This document shows, in pieces, positions 20,457-24,293 of a DNA stretch of 24,293 nt; within the stretch, counting starts at the first letter, position 1, and each line of letters begins with the position of its first letter. The notes below the pieces were generated by a model. The model was not told the DNA's origin. It did no database searches and saw only the letters and a program-made list of their open reading frames with translations. The DNA lies in assembly GCA_031372065.1 (NCBI GenBank), contig JANMKN010000369.1:1-24293 (forward strand), written 5' to 3'. A program made the position numbers and the translations under genes. The DNA is from Abditibacteriaceae bacterium. GTDB taxonomy: Bacteria; Armatimonadota; Abditibacteriia; Abditibacteriales; Abditibacteriaceae.

Positions 20457-20600
20457 AAAACCGGCCTCGGAAATGGGAAAACCGGCCTCGGAAACGGGAA
20501 AAACCCACTCGGATTTCCCATTTCCGAGTGGGTTTTTCCCATTTCCGAGGCCGGTTTTTGCATTTCCGAGTGGGGTTTTCCCGTTTCCGAGGGAGGTTTT
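20457..20600. repeat. 21-bp tandem array in two opposed blocks
   Basis: About 2.7 forward units (aaaaccggcctcggaaatggg; 20457-20513) followed by 4 reverse-complement units starting at 20517, 20538, 20559 and 20580. Confidence 0.92.
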
Positions 20601-20741
20601 CACGAAATCAAGTCGTTTTTTTGGCAAAACGGGCGGGCGGCGCACATTCAACTTAAAAATCCGCCATAATAAAAATAGCCTGCGCGGGCAACGATTGTGT
20701 GTTGCCTGAAGCGCGGGAAATTTCTTGGATGGAGGCCAAAA

Positions 20742-21365
20742 ATGGCTCAAGTAAAGCTGAATTTGAAAGATTTGACGGTGCCGGAAAAAATTCAGATGGG
20801 ACGGCAGGTGATAACCGCCATGACGGGAAATTCCAACTTCGTCACGCCCAACCCGACTTTGGCGGCGCTGACCGCCGTAACCGACCAACTCGAAACCGTT
20901 TTCAACGCGGCGCAACTCAAAAAATTGCAATGGGCTACGGCGGTTGATGTGCAAAATGCGTCCGACAAGCTGTGGGAGACGGCGTTCACACAGGAAGCCT
21001 CTTACGTGCAATCGGCGTCGGGCGGCGACGCCACAAAAATTCTTTCTTCCGCGATGGGCGTGCGCGATGCAGCGCATCCCTCCGATTTGCCCGCGCAACC
21101 GCAAGACCCCGCCGTCACCGAAGGCGATAATGACGGCGAACTCGATTTTCATTGGGATGGTGTCAAGGGTAAAACCGCTTACGTCGTGCAGATTTTGGCG
21201 GGAGAAAACCCCAGCGGCGCGTGGGGCAGCGATAAAACCGTAACGAAATCGAAAATCGAAATTACGGGTCTGGTGTCGGGCACGCGTTATTGGCTGCGCG
21301 TCTGCGCCGTCAACGCCGCCGGACAAGGCCCGTGGAGCAATCCCGTCAGCAAAATCGCGCCGTAA
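20742..21365 (+). CDS. Fibronectin type III domain protein with an N-terminal helical domain and no signal peptide
   Basis: C-terminal FN3 pattern P.QP...LDFHW...Y.VQ...ITGLVSGTRYWLRVCAVNAAGQGPWS; RBS GGAGG at 20731-20735. Confidence 0.88.
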   Translation: MAQVKLNLKDLTVPEKIQMGRQVITAMTGNSNFVTPNPTLAALTAVTDQLETVFNAAQLKKLQWATAVDVQNASDKLWETAFTQEASYVQSASGGDATKILSSAMGVRDAAHPSDLPAQPQDPAVTEGDNDGELDFHWDGVKGKTAYVVQILAGENPSGAWGSDKTVTKSKIEITGLVSGTRYWLRVCAVNAAGQGPWSNPVSKIAP

Positions 21366-21372
21366 ATGTAAG

Positions 21373-21390
21373 TGGAGCGCGGGCGCTCCA
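21373..21390. repeat. Short GC-rich hairpin after the FN3 gene
   Basis: tggagcgc-gg-gcgctcca with no U-tract. Confidence 0.45.
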
Positions 21391-21568
21391 TGCAGAAAAC
21401 GACAAAATATGCTAATTTCACGAAAAAATCACTGCGATTGTGACCATTTCGTGCAAAATTTTCATTTTTTTCTTGCTAAAATCCGTTTTGATTCCCATGT
21501 TCGCCGTATCAATTTGAAAGATTCATTTCGCTGGCGCGGCGACAGGCAAAAATCAAAGGAGAACGACA

Positions 21569-22033
21569 ATGAAGAAGTTCGCTTTACAGATGGGCACCGG
21601 TTTGTTGATCACGAGTTTGCTTGGCGTCGCGTTGGCCGCAGGCAGCGACAAAAAAATGGACGGCAAAATGACGCCCAAGATGGCACCGAAAATGGCGCCC
21701 AAAGCCAAAATGACGCAGATGACGGCTACCATCAGCAAAATGGCAGGCCATAAACTGACGGTTATGCCCACTGCCGCCGGCAAAAAAGCTGTGGCGACTA
21801 CAGTTATGGTGCCCGCGTCCGCCAAAATCATGATGGGCAGCCACATGATGAAGTTGTCAGACCTCAAAATGGGCCAAAAAGTCGTCTTTATGATGACCAA
21901 CGGCACCGTCACCAAAGTCATGATGACGGGCGATTCCAAAATGGCACCGAAAATGATGCACAAAATGGACGGCAAAATGATGCACAAAATGGGCGGCAAG
22001 ATGGATCATAAAATGGCACCCAAAAAGCCGTAA
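21569..22033 (+). CDS. Secreted Met/Lys-rich protein with KMxx tetrapeptide repeats
   Basis: RBS AAGGAG and a signal peptide; 29 of 154 residues are Met; repeats KMDG/KMAP/KMMH at both ends of a beta-rich core. Confidence 0.85.
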   Translation: MKKFALQMGTGLLITSLLGVALAAGSDKKMDGKMTPKMAPKMAPKAKMTQMTATISKMAGHKLTVMPTAAGKKAVATTVMVPASAKIMMGSHMMKLSDLKMGQKVVFMMTNGTVTKVMMTGDSKMAPKMMHKMDGKMMHKMGGKMDHKMAPKKP

Positions 22034-22058
22034 TTGGATTTTGGCAAGTGGCATTTTT

Positions 22059-22096
22059 CAACAGCGCGCGGAATTGCTCCGCGCGCTGTTGCTTTT
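22059..22096 (+). terminator. Probable Rho-independent terminator
   Basis: 14-bp stem caacagcgcgcgga / tccgcgcgctgttg followed by ctttt. Confidence 0.7.
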
Positions 22097-22116
22097 GGGC
22101 TTACACTCTTATCGTT

Positions 22117-22776
22117 ATGGAAAACCTTTCGATTTTGGGCGACATCAGCGACGAATCGCGTCATCGCGCGGCGCGGCGCGGGCAATGGCTCGAAGTGTTG
22201 ACCATTGTTTGGAACAGTCTCGAAGCCCTGCTTAGTATCAGCGCCGGATTGTTGGCGGGCAGCATCGCTTTGGTGGGTTTCGGTTTCGATTCGTTGGTCG
22301 AAATTATGGCGGGCGTCGCGTTGCTGTGGCGCTTGCGTCACGAAGGGTCGGCGCGGCGCGACGAAATCGAAAAAACCGCGCTCAAATGGGTCGGCGCGAG
22401 CTTTGTTTTGCTGGCGCTTTATGTGTCCTACGAAGCGTTGCACGCCCTGATAAAACGCGAAACGCCACAGGAAAGCTACCTCGGCATCGCTATCGCGCTG
22501 CTGTCGCTCCTCGTGATGCCGATTTTGGCGCGGGCCAAACGAAACGTCGCCGCGCAATTGCAAAGTCGCGCTCTGCAAGCCGATTCCAAACAAACCGATT
22601 TGTGCGCTTATTTATCGGCGATTCTGCTCGGCGGGCTGGTTTTAAACGCGCTTTTCGGCTGGTGGTGGGCCGACCCGCTTGCCGCGCTGATTATGGTGCC
22701 GATTATTCTCAAAGAAGGCATCGGCGCCTTGCGCGGCCACTCTTGCGGCTGCGATTCGTGCGGCGATGCTTTGTAA
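22117..22776 (+). CDS. Cation diffusion facilitator-like transporter (short form lacking the cytoplasmic C-terminal domain)
   Basis: Several TM segments; SIALVGFGFDSLVE, SRALQADS and GWWWADPLAAL; Cys/His tail HSCGCDSCG. Start placed at ATG 22117. Confidence 0.85.
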   Translation: MENLSILGDISDESRHRAARRGQWLEVLTIVWNSLEALLSISAGLLAGSIALVGFGFDSLVEIMAGVALLWRLRHEGSARRDEIEKTALKWVGASFVLLALYVSYEALHALIKRETPQESYLGIAIALLSLLVMPILARAKRNVAAQLQSRALQADSKQTDLCAYLSAILLGGLVLNALFGWWWADPLAALIMVPIILKEGIGALRGHSCGCDSCGDAL

Positions 22777-22782
22777 AATCCA

Positions 22783-24135
22783 ATGTCTCAACCTACTTCC
22801 CTGCCCGAAATAATCTTGCGCCCGCCGGGGCCAAAAGCGCGTTATCCGGGCGAGTTTATGCTGCGTTCGCGGCGCGATATGCTGGCAGTTTTATCGGGCC
22901 TCGCGCGCGATTTTGGCGACGCGGCTTTTGTCGAAACGCTGGCCGGACGCTTATATTTTTTCAACCATCCCGACGCCATCCGCGAAGTGTTGCAAGTGCA
23001 ATCGCAAAACTTCGTCAAAAGCCGCGCGCTGGTGATGGCGAAGCGGCTTTTGGGCGAAGGTTTGCTGACCAGCGAAGACCCGCTGCATCGCCGTCAGCGC
23101 ATTTTGATGCAACCGGCGTTTCATCACAAACGCGTCAAAAAATACGCCGATGACATGACGCATTACGCGCTGCAAATGAGCGACACGTGGCAAGCAAACC
23201 GCGTGGTAGATATGCACCACGAAATGATGGCGCTCACGTTAGCCGTCGTGGGCAAAACGCTGTTCAACACCGAAGTCGGCGAAGAAACGCAGCGCGTCGA
23301 AGACGCCATGCAAGCGATTATGCCGCTTTTTACGCGCTCGTTTTTGCCGTGGGCCGAACTTTTAAATCGCCTGCCATTGCCCGCCAACAAACGCTTCGAC
23401 CAAGCGGGCGCGGCCTTGGATGAAACCATTTTTCGCATCATCAAAGAACACAAAAACTCCGGCGATGTCGGCGATTTAGTTTCGATGCTACTCATGGCGC
23501 GCGATGAAGAAAATCAGCCGATGAGCGACAGTCAAGTGCGAGATGAGGCATTAACCATTTTCTTAGCGGGCCACGAAACAACGGCCAACGCGCTGACTTA
23601 TACATGGTATTTGCTGGCCGGGCATCCCGAAATAGAAGCGAAAATGCAGCGCGAAGTGGACGAAGTTTTGGAAGGCCGCGCCGCCACAATGGATGATGTG
23701 CCGAATTTAATCTACACGCAGATGGTGTTCGCCGAAGCAATGCGCTTGTATCCGCCCGCGTGGGCTTTGGGCCGCCGTTCGTTAGAAGATTGCGAAATTA
23801 TGGGCTATCATGTTCCCAAAGATTCTTTGGTTTTAGTCAGCCAATGGACAATGCACCGCGACGCGCGCTTTTGGCCCGACCCGTTAAAATTCGACCCCGA
23901 ACGTTTTACCGAAGAAGCCAAAGCCGCGCGGCCCAAGTTCGCTTATTTTCCCTTCGGCAGCGGCCCGCGCACCTGCATCGGCGAAGCCTTCGCATGGATG
24001 GAAGGCGCACTGTTAATTGCCACACTCGCACAAAAATGGCGCGCGTGTAAAATTGACACGAAGCCGCTGCAATTGAAGCCGCTGATTACTTTGCGGCCTA
24101 AAAATCCGGTGATGATGAAGTTAATTAGCCGCTAA
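22783..24135 (+). CDS. Cytochrome P450
   Basis: I-helix AGHETT, ExxR (EAMR), PERF and heme motif FPFGSGPRTCIG. Confidence 0.96.
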   Translation: MSQPTSLPEIILRPPGPKARYPGEFMLRSRRDMLAVLSGLARDFGDAAFVETLAGRLYFFNHPDAIREVLQVQSQNFVKSRALVMAKRLLGEGLLTSEDPLHRRQRILMQPAFHHKRVKKYADDMTHYALQMSDTWQANRVVDMHHEMMALTLAVVGKTLFNTEVGEETQRVEDAMQAIMPLFTRSFLPWAELLNRLPLPANKRFDQAGAALDETIFRIIKEHKNSGDVGDLVSMLLMARDEENQPMSDSQVRDEALTIFLAGHETTANALTYTWYLLAGHPEIEAKMQREVDEVLEGRAATMDDVPNLIYTQMVFAEAMRLYPPAWALGRRSLEDCEIMGYHVPKDSLVLVSQWTMHRDARFWPDPLKFDPERFTEEAKAARPKFAYFPFGSGPRTCIGEAFAWMEGALLIATLAQKWRACKIDTKPLQLKPLITLRPKNPVMMKLISR

Positions 24136-24156
24136 TCTCCGATACGCAAAAAAGTG

Positions 24157-24194
24157 AAAAACGACGCGATTTTTCGAAAATTGCGTCGTTTTTT
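24157..24194 (+). terminator. Rho-independent terminator (possibly bidirectional)
   Basis: aaaaacgacgcgatttt-tcg-aaaattgcgtcgttttt(t) immediately downstream of the P450 stop. Confidence 0.8.
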
Positions 24195-24293
24195 CTCTAT
24201 TTTTGCGCAGCGTAGCTTGGCGGCTAATCTACAAACGTATCAACCGCAACAACGCGCGTATATTTTTCGTGCCAAAGGCTGACGGGATTGGCG

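Noticed and set aside
20457..20600. CRISPR array
   Set aside because: The units are contiguous with no unique spacers, the orientation flips mid-array, and there are no cas genes.
20439..21326. 295-aa minus-strand ORF and the other ORFs crossing the 21-bp array (20316..20669, 20396..20656, 20473..20709)
   Set aside because: They are antisense to the FN3 gene or open only because the 21-bp repeat lacks stops, producing artefactual 7-aa repeats.
21553..21999. Hydrophobic 148-aa minus-strand ORF
   Set aside because: Antisense mirror of the AAA-ATG repeats; the plus-strand gene has the RBS, signal peptide and terminator.
22326..23153. 275-aa alternative-frame ORF
   Set aside because: It overlaps the well-supported transporter and P450 genes and has the Arg/Ala-rich composition typical of off-frame translation.

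Overview
Bacterial chromosomal window (moderately GC-rich core genes with AT-richer inserts; gene content resembles Armatimonadota/Abditibacteriota or PVC-type organisms, which is inference only). In order it holds: a hisC-aroF-tyrA aromatic amino acid cluster; two convergent orphan histidine kinases, one with three tandem 127-aa PAS repeats; a minus-strand prkA(yeaG)-yeaH/yhbH-spoVR operon interrupted at both internal junctions by extra genes (an ankyrin protein, a Y1/HUH transposase with REP-like palindromes, and a secreted hypothetical); a planctomycete-type cytochrome c (DUF1549/DUF1553) plus DUF1501 pair; a secreted hypothetical; DUF4287; a 21-bp inverted tandem array ahead of an FN3 protein; a Met/Lys-rich secreted protein; a CDF-like transporter; and a cytochrome P450. 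The most striking signal occurs twice independently. An inserted segment is bracketed by a direct repeat that equals the last 11 or 16 codons (including the stop) of the upstream host gene and differs only at synonymous positions, with no integrase nearby. This suggests a cassette-acquisition process that targets gene 3' ends. Several unrelated long palindromes also sit at gene junctions.
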